Source of the DNA: Geosiphon pyriformis uo1
Taxonomy: Eukaryota; Fungi; Glomeromycota
Assembly: GCA_016748015.1 (NCBI GenBank)
Contig: JAAOMT010000523.1
Span: 372,001-436,000, forward strand
DNA: 64,000 nt
Direction of reading: 5' to 3'
Shown here: one piece after another, positions 36,801 to 48,872 of the stretch
Position numbering within the stretch: position 1 is the first letter of the stretch
How the letters are laid out: the number at the start of each line of letters is the position of its first letter
Position numbers and translations under genes: made by a program
Notes under the pieces: generated by a model
Database searches by the model: none
Told to the model about the DNA's origin: nothing
What the model saw: only the letters and a program-made list of their open reading frames with translations

Positions 36801-39800
36801 AATTTAATTCATTTTTTTATTATTTTCTTATTAAACAATATTTGTTTTTATTATTATTTATTAACATATTATTATAACTTATAACAATAATATTAAACAA
36901 TATAATTAAATACAAATTTATAAACAAATATTTTTATTTTATAAATTTTTTGTATATTTTTTAATAATTAAATTATTATATAATTAATATTTATATTTAA
37001 TGTAAAAAATTTTTAATTTTATTATAAATTTTGTTATTTTTTATTTATTTATTAAGTTAAATTTGATTTTTTTTATTGCTTTAATAAAATATAATTTAAT
37101 TATTAATTATAATATAAAATTTTAAAATTTTACAAATAGTTATAATTTACATATTTTTTATATATAATTAATTATTTAAACCAGTTTAAATTAAATTAAG
37201 TTGAATTTACAAAAACTAATTTTAAAACAACCATTTTTGTACATAATTATAATTAAAAACCAAATTAGCCAATTATACAAAAGTTTTGGTTGTATTTAAT
37301 TTAATATTAAAAGTTTTTTTATTAACAAAAATATTTTGAATATTATTACTTATAGTATATTTTATTTTAAATTTAATAATTTTTTATTTAAATAAATATT
37401 TATTTTTCTAAAAATATTAATATTTTTTTAATTACATGAATTTTTTTACTTTAATATTCAAAAAAAAAGCAATAACCAATTTTATAATCAAAAAATCAAT
37501 GAAATAATAAGTTTAATAATAAATATAATTAGCAAAACCAAATTAATTATTTTAAAATTCAAAAAACTCAATTTAAAACATATTATAAAATTAATAATAA
37601 TAATAATAATAATTAAAACTAAAAACAATAGCTTTTATATAAAATTTTATATTAGCAAAATAAAACTTAAAATTTTTAATGCCAAATATATATTTAAATA
37701 AACACTTTAAAGAAAAACCAAAAACAATTTATAATTAAAAACTAAATAATTCAAACATAATAAATATTTTTTATTAAATATAACTTTTTTTAAAGTATTA
37801 GTTTTAATAATAATAATATTCAAATTAACTTTAATACCAAAATAACAATAGCATATTTTAATTGCTAAAAAAAATTGAAAATTGAAAGATAAAACAAGTA
37901 TAATTATAAATTTAAAAAACCAATTTGCTAATTTTAAAAGCTGTATAGTTTAAAAAAATTACCAATTTGGTTTTAAATGATTATAAAAGACAATTATTTT
38001 ATTTTGATTAAAATAAAATTCTAACAATATTTTAGTTTAATTTTTGAAATCAGATAATTTAATAAGCTAATTAAATAAAGTTTATATACAAAAATATAAT
38101 TTGTTTTGTATTTAAAACGAATAATAATTGGCTAAAATTTAATTTATTATATAATAAAACCAGAAACTAATTTAAATCAAAATAAATTAATATGTTTTAA
38201 TTGTTATTGTCTAAAATAAAATTAATTAATATTTATAATTAATATTGGTTTTGTAAAATTGGCAATAAAGCTAGAAAAAACAAAAAACTAAAGATTTTTT
38301 TTTTAGAAAAGAAAAAGTTAGTTTTAAAGTATTAAAATTAATACCAGAAAAAAAATTTTGCAGTATTTTAAAAGAGTTACTATTAAACATAACAGATTAA
38401 AAAAATTGTTTCTTAGTTTTAGTTTTTGAATAATAATAAAAAGAAAAATAAAAAATAATTTAGTTATTAGCTTTTTATCAAATATCTTAAAACATTTAAA
38501 TAATACAAAGATTATATTAAAACTGTTTTAAGTCAGTTTTTTTGAAAAAACTTTGAAAAAAAAAACTTTTAACCAAAAATAACAACAATGTTTTGGAATT
38601 TGCAAAAAAACTAGTTTTTACAAAAAATTATTAAGTAGTCTTAATAATTTTAAGTACTTTATTAATAAAAATACTACCAATTGCTTCAGAAAATAAAAAA
38701 ATTGCAACTTTTTTACTTTTTGTTTTAATTGTAAACATAAAAATACAAAAAAAATTTTGAAATTGGAAATTTATATTTTTAATAATTTAGCAGCAGTAAA
38801 TTTTTTAATATTTTCTGATTGCAAAAGTTATAGTATGCCAAATACAGTAGAAATATTAACAATAAAAAAACATGAATAAAAATTTCTTAATAACAATAAT
38901 TAATTGTGTTATATATATTTATAATAATAATAATAATAATAATAATAGATTAATACAATTATAATCTTATAATTAATAAGTAAAATTAAAATTCTATATT
39001 TATAATTACAACATATTTAATTAAATAAATAATTAAGAAGAGTTAATATTTTTATTAAAAAATTTCAAAAACAAAAAACTAAGTATTTATTATATATTAT
39101 TATTAATTTAGTATGTTTTTAAAATTGAAGATAAAATTTTGTTAAAAAAAATAAAATAAATTGAAAAAAATAAAAAAAGAAATTTAAGCGAAATTAAATT
39201 AAAAGAAAAAATAAGAATAATAAAAAATAGCAAATTATAAAATAAATTTAAATATATTAAAACTTAAAACAAATAATAATTATGAAATAATACTTTCAGT
39301 TAAAAGATTTTTAAAGCCTAATATTTAATAAATTATATATATATTAATTAACAATTTATGTTAAAAAACCAAATAAAAAAAACAATAAAACTAACAAAAA
39401 TAACTAATTAATAACCCATTTCAATAAATTTAAATCTTTAATTTTTATTTAAACTGCTTGAAAAGTTTTATTTTATAGTTGATTAATAGTTTTTTTTTCA
39501 ATTTATTTGTGAAAAATAAAAAGTTTAGCAATATAATAGCAACACAAAATTTTTTAAAAAAACAATACCAGAATTCTTATATTGACTTGAAATAATGTGT
39601 GTTAATTATTTGATTCTAAAATAACATTTTTGAAGTTTAAATAATTGCAATTCAAGATAAAAAAATTGTAGTTTTTAATAATAAAATATTTTCAACATTT
39701 TTTCATGAGAGTGTAATGTTATTTTTATTCAATTTATTATTAAAATATCAATTTTATTTTTTTATAAACAAGTTAACAAAATTCAAAGTAAAAACTTTTT

Positions 39801-40000
39801 TATTAAATTAAAATTTATATACAAAGTTTCAATGTAATCTTCATAAAATATAGTCATTTTAAAATTCTTTAAATTTTATTTAAATAATACCAAATTAGGT
39901 TTTAAAATAAATCTTGATTCAAAATAAATCTTAATCTCATTATTCTGATCATTAAATCATTTAAATTTCTTTACAAAATTTAATTAACTTGTATAATATG
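33860..40000. other. Extreme AT desert, probably terminally mutated repeat DNA (similar tracts at ~7.8-8.7, 15.6-16.5, 25.1-27.0, 52.9-54.5 and 58.3-63.3 kb)
   Basis: Very low G+C and CpG almost absent (I found only isolated cases, e.g. ~38118 and ~39189). No credible ORFs. The origin is inferred by analogy with LINE copy C. Confidence 0.6.
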
Positions 40001-40172
40001 AAAAACAAACTTTAATAAAAAATCTTGACTAGTATGTTTGAGGTGTTGGGTAAATACAAATACCACATAATTAAAATATTTAATGAACCAAATATGAAAT
40101 ATTTTCAAAATAATACAATTTACTAATAATTAATAATCTAAAAAAAAGAAACCCGAAATCGAATTGTCGTCA

Positions 40173-40979
40173 TCATAGTTTCTTGATGCAAATACCATAT
40201 GGGCGAATGTCTTGGTTTTTCGGTGATATCCAATATTCACCAAAACCTGTCTTTTCTGGAGGGATGCGAGTAAGTGTTACAGGATTGACTCTATTCTGCA
40301 CAACAATATTATATTGATTGCCTTCAAAGGTAAAATTTTCGGCATATAACTCGGCAACCTTTATATCAGGGGTTGAATAGATTCCATGGCCAAACGCGAA
40401 TCGTTTTCCTTTGCTCAACAAATATCCGTCTTCGGCAATAGATCTTGCATTATGTTTAGCAGTTCCATGGTAAGAAACTGGCCAAGCAGTTAAAGAAACT
40501 CCAAGCCATTGATCATCCAACCCATACTTATTAGTAACCTTGAGGGCAATTCGGTTCCAACCACAAGGACGAAGATAGGGAAACGCTCCTCGAGTGAAAG
40601 TCTCCGTATCTTTAATATTGGTAAAGTCAAAGTCAAATTGTGGATCTAAAAATTTAGAATTGATAACATGGATACTGGTATCACCCAACACGAGATGGAG
40701 TGTACTATTTTCTTGAATATTATAATCAGTCAGGGTACAGTCATCTTCAAGTTTTTTTCCAGCAAAACTAAGGTGCTGTTGATCTGGGGGGATACCTTCA
40801 ACTATATGGATCTTTTTTTTGAGCGCAATAACGTCATCGTTATTCAAGTCAACGGGGATAGTCAAAGTTTTTTCGCTCAAGATATTGACAAAGATTGATC
40901 CTGGTTGATGAGTACTAGGACTGGGACTATCAGTTTCAGTATCTTGGTTAAAATCGACTTTACCACCAACCAAAATCAT
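40173..40979 (-). CDS. Ubiquitin-like domain + ADP-ribosyltransferase (PARP/NEURL4-like, H-Y-E) fusion, intronless, ~268 aa from the first in-frame ATG
   Basis: Ubl: [13 protein letters not shown]...[19 protein letters not shown]...[19 protein letters not shown]: [56 protein letters not shown]. The track start at 41096 is TTG; the first ATG is 40979. Confidence 0.85.
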   Translation of the reverse strand: MILVGGKVDFNQDTETDSPSPSTHQPGSIFVNILSEKTLTIPVDLNNDDVIALKKKIHIVEGIPPDQQHLSFAGKKLEDDCTLTDYNIQENSTLHLVLGDTSIHVINSKFLDPQFDFDFTNIKDTETFTRGAFPYLRPCGWNRIALKVTNKYGLDDQWLGVSLTAWPVSYHGTAKHNARSIAEDGYLLSKGKRFAFGHGIYSTPDIKVAELYAENFTFEGNQYNIVVQNRVNPVTLTRIPPEKTGFGEYWISPKNQDIRPYGICIKKL

Positions 40980-42119
40980 TTTATGCAGGATGTCGAGAAC
41001 AATTATTGGGAGAGAAGAAGGAAAGTTCTTCGTAGGCCCTATTAATCTTGGGTTGATGACTGGAACTAGCAATTTTTTCAGTATTTTGATTAACAAATTA
41101 TTTTTATCCAGGGTGTCGAGATTAATTATTTGGAGGGGTGTTCTTCGCAGCCTCTTCCTCGGTCAAAATAGTTTGTTTAAGAATTTTTGAAAGGCCAGAA
41201 GCCAAAATTAATAATGGGTTGTAACTTAACATTTTTTTAGTTGTATTTTAAGTGAGAATGTACGAAGTGGAAAAAGGTAGAAGTAGCAATACCTCTTTAA
41301 ATAGTTTTAAGTTGCTTAAGACCTTTAGTTACAGCGTAAAGAAGAATTTATTTAATAAGCCCAGTAAGCAAGATTATTCAGAGCTAATATCATACACTTT
41401 ATAGAGTTATTAATATATAGTTTACTATTACTTTTTATCAGGTATTCTATCACTAAATATCTTTGGGAAAAAGATATTAGTTGATGAAATTTATCGTTCG
41501 TTTTTGTCAATTCCTATTTCGAATTTGTGGATGCTTTTGTTTGAACGTAAAAATTTATACGATTTAAATGTATGGAAAACATAATCAAAAAATTGTGATA
41601 TCTTTAGATTCTTTGGACAGAAATGAAGTTCAAAGATTGAAAGAATATAAAGATTTTTTCAAATGAAGCAATTATTTCAGAAATCCATTTTATTCATTTC
41701 AGTTTTATAGAAAATTTTTTAATCATTATTAACCAGAATTAGTAGTATATTGAGGATTGAGAATTAAGGATTAAGGATTGAGGATTGAGGAAAGTTAACA
41801 TAAATAGATTTAGGAAAAAGATATTTGAAAATTATAATTTAAAAACTTGAAATATCAGATTAGAAATAATTATAGAGACTAACAATTTTTGAAACGATGG
41901 AATTTATAAGTTTTGTTTTGTAAATACAAACACTGGCCAATTAAAAATAATTTTTAATATAAATTTTTAAGATAAAAAGGATTTTACATATATTTAGTAG
42001 GTAATCTTTATTTTATTACAAAACCATTTCAAATATACTTTTTTTGTTGATTAATAAATTTATAAATTAAAACAATAAAAAGATTTTTAAACTGTATTAT
42101 ATAGTGTAATTAGTTCATT

Positions 42120-42122
<3 letters not shown>

Positions 42123-42153
<31 letters not shown>
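42123..42153. repeat. (TA)n microsatellite
   Basis: tatatata run. Confidence 0.95.
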
Positions 42154-42156
<3 letters not shown>

Positions 42157-43382
42157 TCCTTTTAATTTTCTAATGAAAAAATTTACAACATAATTAAAAA
42201 TCATAATCGTTTTAAAAATATCTAATAAACGATTTAATTACCCATTCAGTTATTATTATGCAAATTGTGTCAATATATTTCAATCACATATAAATTTGAA
42301 CAAAATTTTTATTTTAGAATGAGTTATCGTTCTATTTTTTTGTTCTATTTCACATTACTATTTTTAACATTCTATATTTTACATCAAATTTGGGTATAAC
42401 AATAACTTGATGATTTCATATTTTTTGATTTAGTTGACCGACAAAAAAAATGAAGTAATTTACAATGAGAAAGAAATAATATTTATCATTTACAAAAGAA
42501 AAGATGCATGACAAAAAGGACAAAGATAAATTTACTAATCCATTATAATTCTATTTTTTTCCTAATAAGCTGGAAAATCTCATATTCTTAATTATTCATC
42601 ACAAGCTTAAATCACCATCACCCCAAATAGGCTTATGTTTCTTGTGACATTTCACAGATCGATTTGGTTTAGAAACAAAGTTATAAAAAATTATTATCAA
42701 GTTCATTTTTATTCATTGAGAAAATAAAAGCAGTCACTTGTTCCTTTAATCAGAATTTTTATATAAAGGAGTTTGAGGACTGGCATTTACATTAAGTGAG
42801 AATAAAAATGCTTTGAATTATGGCGTTTCAAAGCAAATGAAGTTTTGAGAGTAAGGTTTTACAAAAAATTTGATATAAATGACTTTGATTTTTGTTTTGA
42901 GTAGAAATCAAAGAAAGAATCTAATAAAGGCTCAGACTTTGGATTAATTTATTATAAATATTCAAACCTTTAGACACGGTTTAAGTGGACGTGTCGTAAG
43001 GAACAAATAGAATAATGAATATTATGCTCGAGTTGATAAGAAAAAAAATAGGGTTTAAAATGATATGAACAAAACCTTCTCAACACTTAAATACGAACAC
43101 GCTAATTGGCCACTTTCTTTGTGGTAGCAAATAATTTCTCGATGCATAAGGGTAATTTTGTGCCAGTCAAAAATCGTTTTTTGCTTCTAATATTTCGAAG
43201 ATAACCTTGAAAATTTTATATTTAAAATAGAGGATTAGCGATTTAATTAATTTTATAATTTTAAATAATAGTCTGAAATGTAATATGGATAACTACCTTT
43301 ACATTTATTTTAAAACAGCAATTGTGCCATTTCGTGATATATTAAGCCATATTAAAAATGTATATTTCTCAAAAATACCCAT

Positions 43383-43507
43383 TTATTTTTTTATTATTAT
43401 CCATTTTACGAGTGCAGCCCAACCACTACCTAAGTACATAAAATCAAACAAGACTCTAAATTAAGCATGGCTCATGCCTTTTCTACACGTGACTAGCCAC
43501 TCGGGCC
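43383..43507 (-). mobile_element. Solo LINE 3' end (~110 bp + A-rich tail); 5'-truncated insertion or SINE-like copy
   Basis: acgagtgcagcccaaccactacctaagtacata...ctacacgtgactagccactcgggcc aligns with the copy A 3'UTR at 8785-8885. Confidence 0.85.
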
Positions 43508-43511
43508 CCAT

Positions 43512-43512
<1 letters not shown>

Positions 43513-43580
<68 letters not shown>
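43513..43580. repeat. (AAT)n microsatellite
   Basis: Perfect aat run abutting the LINE fragment. Confidence 0.96.
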
Positions 43581-43582
<2 letters not shown>

Positions 43583-44372
43583 CAAATAAAAAAGTTAAAA
43601 TACACTTTTTTATATTTAGAAATAGCAAATTACAATTTTTTAATAAACTAATTTATTTAAACTGCTATAAAAGATAAACTCAAAAAAATTTCATTATTTA
43701 AATGTTATTAACAAAGTATTTGAAATACATTTTAATCAAAAATACTTACTTAAAGTTAAATAGTCAATAATCTCTAATTTGTAAGAGCTTATAAATCTTT
43801 TAATATGCAGTATTTTTTATTGTTTTGGTTATCTTTAAATGATTTCTTAAATATTTAGTTTTATTTCTTTCAATAAAAAACTTCTTTGCTTTATATACTG
43901 TAAATTTTTTAGATTCTTCAATTTTTTTTAAAATTTTATCATATTTGTACTTTATTAACACTTTTTGTATTGTATTTAAAAATATCAAGTCCCAAAATTA
44001 ATAAGCTTGTATAATTTATAAAAATCTTTTTATAAGCTGTTTAAGTTTCCTTTTAGTATTTATTAACAATGCAATATTTGCAACTTTATTTATATTAACT
44101 AATATAAATATTGAATTCTAAATTAATATATAAACACCCAATGAAATTTTATTCAAAAAAATTAACTTTATCAAAGTAATTTTTAATTTGGTTAAAAAGT
44201 TTTATCTGTTAATAAAAATTCATGTTTTGTTATTTAAAAATTGCATTGAAAATAATCAACTTATTCATTAACTATATACATTAAAGAAATCATACAACTA
44301 AAAAATTTAATTTTATGGCTTTTGGCAGCAATTTTTATTGACAATAAAAAACAGCTATTTTGGTTGATGTTT

Positions 44373-44527
44373 ACCAAGAACAGCCAAAAAAATTACAAGC
44401 ATGATTTGTAATAATGTACGATTGAACTTTTAAACTTTTGATAGTACAAATGTGATTGGCTTTTGGACTTGCCACCAAGAACAGTCAAAAGGGGTCACAA
44501 GCATAACCTGTGATATTATACAATTGG
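44373..44527. repeat. Degenerate direct repeat, period ~101 bp
   Basis: accaagaacagccaaaaaaattacaagcatgatttgt (44373) versus accaagaacagtcaaaaggggtcacaagcataacctgt (44474). Confidence 0.7.
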
Positions 44528-44549
44528 CTTCTGGCACCAATTAATATAG

Positions 44550-44672
44550 ATCAATTAACGTAATTATTTTTTAAATTGACCTAAAGTGTGTCATATTTAA
44601 GATTCGTTAATATCAACATAAATTTCCAACGAATCCTGATTGATTGATTGATTGATTGATGAAATGAGAAAA
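44550..44672 (+). repeat. Left copy of a long-range inverted repeat (partner 49820-49954), includes (TGAT)n
   Basis: 44589-44618 is the exact 30-nt reverse complement of 49900-49929; flanking blocks also match with indels. Confidence 0.9.
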
Positions 44673-45039
44673 TAACAATTCTTTTTTTTATTTAAAAGCC
44701 TTTTGATTGATTTAAAAAAATTGTTCGATATTTAAAAAATCAAAATAATATAAATAGATTTACTTGAATATTTAATAAGTAAAAATGAAAAATTTTCAGA
44801 AATAATAGAAAATATTCGTTAGCTTCTATTTCAAGTTGTTTAAAGCCATTTCTTTTATGCACTAAATTTGAAGAGCTCAAATTCAATTTTTCGGATTTAT
44901 TAACCAAGCTCCCATATTACTCGAATAAAATTTAAAATATTTAAAATATTTGAGATTCTTAAAATGATATAATAAATGTTAAACAAAAAGATAATTCTAA
45001 GACTTTTTGATATTCATATTTAAAAAATCAAAAAAAATG

Positions 45040-45655
45040 GTTATGGTTATTTTAACAAGCATTATATTTAGCGTCTGATAAATTGGCTAATTCTTAGCTT
45101 TTTCTGAATAATTTCTCGTTCATTATTTAAGATATAACGCTGGTAATGAATATTCTGTTGCTCTCTATTTAAAATTCCTTCTCTTAAATTTAATAAGCGT
45201 TCAGATAAAACTGGGTTAGGATTTCATTGGGAATCTAGGAATTGGTTAAATTGACGAGTATGATTTTCCATATCATTAAAGATGTGATGATTATTTTGTT
45301 GTAATGTTTGGGGAGGATTATTTATAATTTCTAAACTTGAACTTGATTGAATATTATTTGAATTGGGAGGTGCTTGCTTTAAATCTTGTGGATTGTATTG
45401 CTGGTTTGGATAAATTCCAAATACTGTATGTGCTGGCAGGTGGCTTTGAGAGTGGTTGAATGAGGAAGTTGAGTTTGGATCATCCAAGCCGTTATAATTT
45501 GAAGATTCAAAAATAATTTTTTGTTGGTCGTCTACGAAATCGTTATGATAATTATTATAAACTTGCGGATTCATTTTTATGTCAGAAAAGTTAGGATAGT
45601 AAATACTAGAATTATGAAATTTTCGAAGATATTGCTTAAAATCAGAGTAAGTCAA
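45040..45655 (-). pseudogene. Asn/Gln-rich orphan ORF, probably pseudogenised
   Basis: 143-codon ORF. The frame continues in coding-like fashion past TGA 45224 (NPNPVLSERLLNLREGILNREQQNIHYQRYILNNEREIIQKKL). No recognisable domain. Confidence 0.4.
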
Positions 45656-47434
45656 TTATTTAACAAGGTTTATTAATATTGGAAAATTACAAAAAGTGGC
45701 TTTTTAAATACTTATTTTTTAGGAAACTCAATTTCTTGTTTCATGAACAGGACAATGTTACAAATTCTCATCTGATTTTCAAAAGAGGTAATTTAATGTT
45801 GATCCGTAACTCTAAAATTTGTAATATATCATTTAAAAAAGTTCATTTCAGAAATTTTGGGTTTGAAAATTCTGAGCTTGATTATTTTCAACGCTTTTCC
45901 TTGTGAGTTTGTAACCTTAATTGGAAGAAATCTTTATGATTTTCCCATTACAATCAAATAATTGTGAAAAATACAAATCAATAAGTTCCTATACGTTAAT
46001 TTACATACCCAACTATTTATTACCATATTTCTATTATGAAATAATAACAAAAATCAAGTCGGTTGTAAAGGCTACAAAGGAAAAGTTTTTTTTTCATTTT
46101 TTCATTTATTTATCCCCAATTACTGTTAAATAATTTTACCTTAATCATAATAATTTTTTTAATCACAACACATTTTTTTTCAATGGGATTTAAAAATTTT
46201 TTTTTTTGTTTGATTAACTGCGCATTCTAACCAATCTTCGATGATTGGAGATTGCCTAATAATACTAAATCATTTAGCGAATCATATTGTTAGGAGAAAT
46301 TGATCCTCAGCAAGTTATGTGAACTAATTTCCAACTCTTCAAGATATTTCACAATGTTAGATAAATCATCTTGTCTTCAAAATGATTATATGTTTAAAAA
46401 AAAAAAGGCCTCATTCATAAGCGTCCCAAAAAAGCGAGGAAATTTTTTATCCTAAACAGTTTCGATGAAGAATTCTCAATACGAAAAAGTAAACAACCAT
46501 TAAAGGACTAGAGCATTTTGGCTGATCATCCAAAAACTTCTAAAATTTAGGTTTTGCCAGTTTTTCTGTTATTGTCCACAAATAACACTCGTGGTCTTTG
46601 GTTCATTGGAATATGCATCCAATGTTGTTTTGATATAAGGAAGATTGCATTTCGGAATGGAGCTGCATATCTCGAAAATCCTTGTTCTATTTTTAAAAAT
46701 TGGTTCTTGACGTAATTAGAAATAATCAAAAGACAACATCAAAAATATTGTACATTCATTTTCACAAAAAAAGATTTTATATAGTTATATCTATGGTTTT
46801 AAAATAATTCTTTCCGAATATTAAATGTCTTGGCCCCTTTTTTATAGTAGGACATATTGAATCGATTTTTTATTGGATAGAGACCATATAAAATGACGGC
46901 TTTCAATTAATTCAATAAAACCTTTGGCTAATTTTCTCCTTTTTTGTTAATTAATATTAAAACTATAAAAATGGGTACAATTTTAATTTGTTTGTTTTTT
47001 ACTGGGCACCATTTGTCGATCAACATATTTCAACGTGACCACACGTTAACAAAAGAAAAAGTATTTTCCAAAGTCAAAATTCTTAGGGACTAAAAGCCCG
47101 GTTTTCAAATTTAAATCTTAATAGATTCTTAGCTCAAATAAATAAATTTTTCCAAAATTCAATTAATGGCTTTTAAATGACTCTTTTCTTTCCGGAGAAA
47201 CTTTATTTCAGAATCAGTTCATTTTCATTGTTTTAATAGTTAGAAATATTATTATTTGAAAATGTAATTTTCTCGTAATAATTAATTTATTTCACGCGCT
47301 CTCATTGAAGTTACATCATTACAATAAGGGGAAGTTTTTCATGTTATTTATTATTGATAAAATTCATAAAACAGTTTCTAAAAAATGGTTTAATTAAACT
47401 GGTGTTATTGACTGACTGACTGAAATCCAAGATA

Positions 47435-48870
47435 CAATGTGTTGCAAAAAAAATTGGACAGAAAAAAATAATCACTGTGCTTTATCCAATGCACCAAAAA
47501 ATTTAAATTATATACCATCAAAAAGCTAAAAAGCACATGATTTTATTAAAAAAATTTAGTATGATATTCTTTCCCCCCTTATTCGCAATTATCATCTTAC
47601 AATGGTGTTTCATTGATCCCATTAACCCAATTAGGGTAGATCGGGGAATATCTCGCCACCTCTGATCACATTTCTGAAAAGGCTAGGGCTTTAAGAAATC
47701 CGAAAAGTTAGAAAGTTGTGAAAGCACACAATCCCTCATCTAGATTGCTTAAACGGATATAGATCGTCTGAAACTCCAATGTCATTGTCTATTGCTATTG
47801 CAAAAATATTCTTTAAATATCAAAAAAATATATATCACTCTTCTTTATCAGTGATAGGCTATAATAACAAATTTAAATTAATTTCTTTGGCTCTCGCTTG
47901 TGTAAAGTTTACAGTGTGTTGCAAAAAAAATTGGACAAAAATACACATCACAAAACTTGATACAGTTTAAACAATTTTAGTTAGTTTGTGGTGGTTGAAT
48001 TAGAAAGTGAATGCTAAGATAAGTGAATAAATATGATAAATTTTTTTCGTGCGTTTTACTAACAATTTTTTTAGAAATTTTCTTGCACAATGCTACCTTC
48101 CAAGCAAGAAACACAGTGCCAAACCTTATTATATTTTTGGAATGAAGGGATACCAGACGCAACTGAAATAAAACAGCGAACAAATATACAACGCTCTACT
48201 ATCTATAATATCCTTAAGAAACTCAAAAAAACAGGAATGGTGGAGCATGCGAATGGAAATGGTCGGCCGTGAAAAATTAAAGGAAATGTATCACGAACAT
48301 TAGGACAATACCTCCGTCAAGATTCTTCAATATCTTTGAGGGCTTTGAAAATAGAATTAGCAAAAAGAATGTAGACGCTTCTCCTAGTACTATCCAAAGG
48401 CACTTAATTAATCATGGATATAAAAAAGACTTGCCTTTGGCAACTCCAATGCTCACCAATCTCCACAAGGAAAATCGTGTAAAGTGGGCTCAAGAATATC
48501 TCAATGATAATTGAAAAAGAACTGTTTTTTCGGATGAAACAGCTTTATGTCTATTCCGAAATACAGAACGTTGGTATAAAGGCCAGTGACCAACTCGTGC
48601 TATACCAAAAGATCGAACAAAAATTATGGCGTGGGGTGGTTTTTATGAGAAAGAAAAGGTAATTTTATTTTGTTTTACCCAAATAATGGATTCTAAGTTC
48701 TATGTAGAAATTATTCGTGAACATTTACCTGAGATAAGAAGTTATAGCTTGGCCATCTAATAGTCCTGGCTTGAATCTCATTGAAAACTTATGCGCTATT
48801 GTGAAAAGGAATGTGGAGAAGCGTATACCCAAAAATCGGAATTAGAACAGTTTATGAAGGAAGAGTGAGT
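47435..48870 (+). mobile_element. Tc1/mariner DNA transposon relic: left end + disrupted transposase (48090 to ~48870); right end missing
   Basis: TA|CAGTGTGTTGCAAAAAAAATTGGACA terminus. Transposase motifs: HTH RSTIYNIL, GRP*K, *KRTVFSDET, IMAWGGF, WPSNSPGLNLIENL. Stops, frameshifts and an internal deletion. Confidence 0.85.
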
Positions 48871-48872
48871 AT

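Noticed and set aside
41750-41790. (TTRAGGA)x6 as an interstitial telomere
   Set aside because: A 7-mer that does not match TTAGGG; treated as a short minisatellite.
46200-46730. Coding-like minus-strand segments
   Set aside because: Broken in all frames and no recognisable family.
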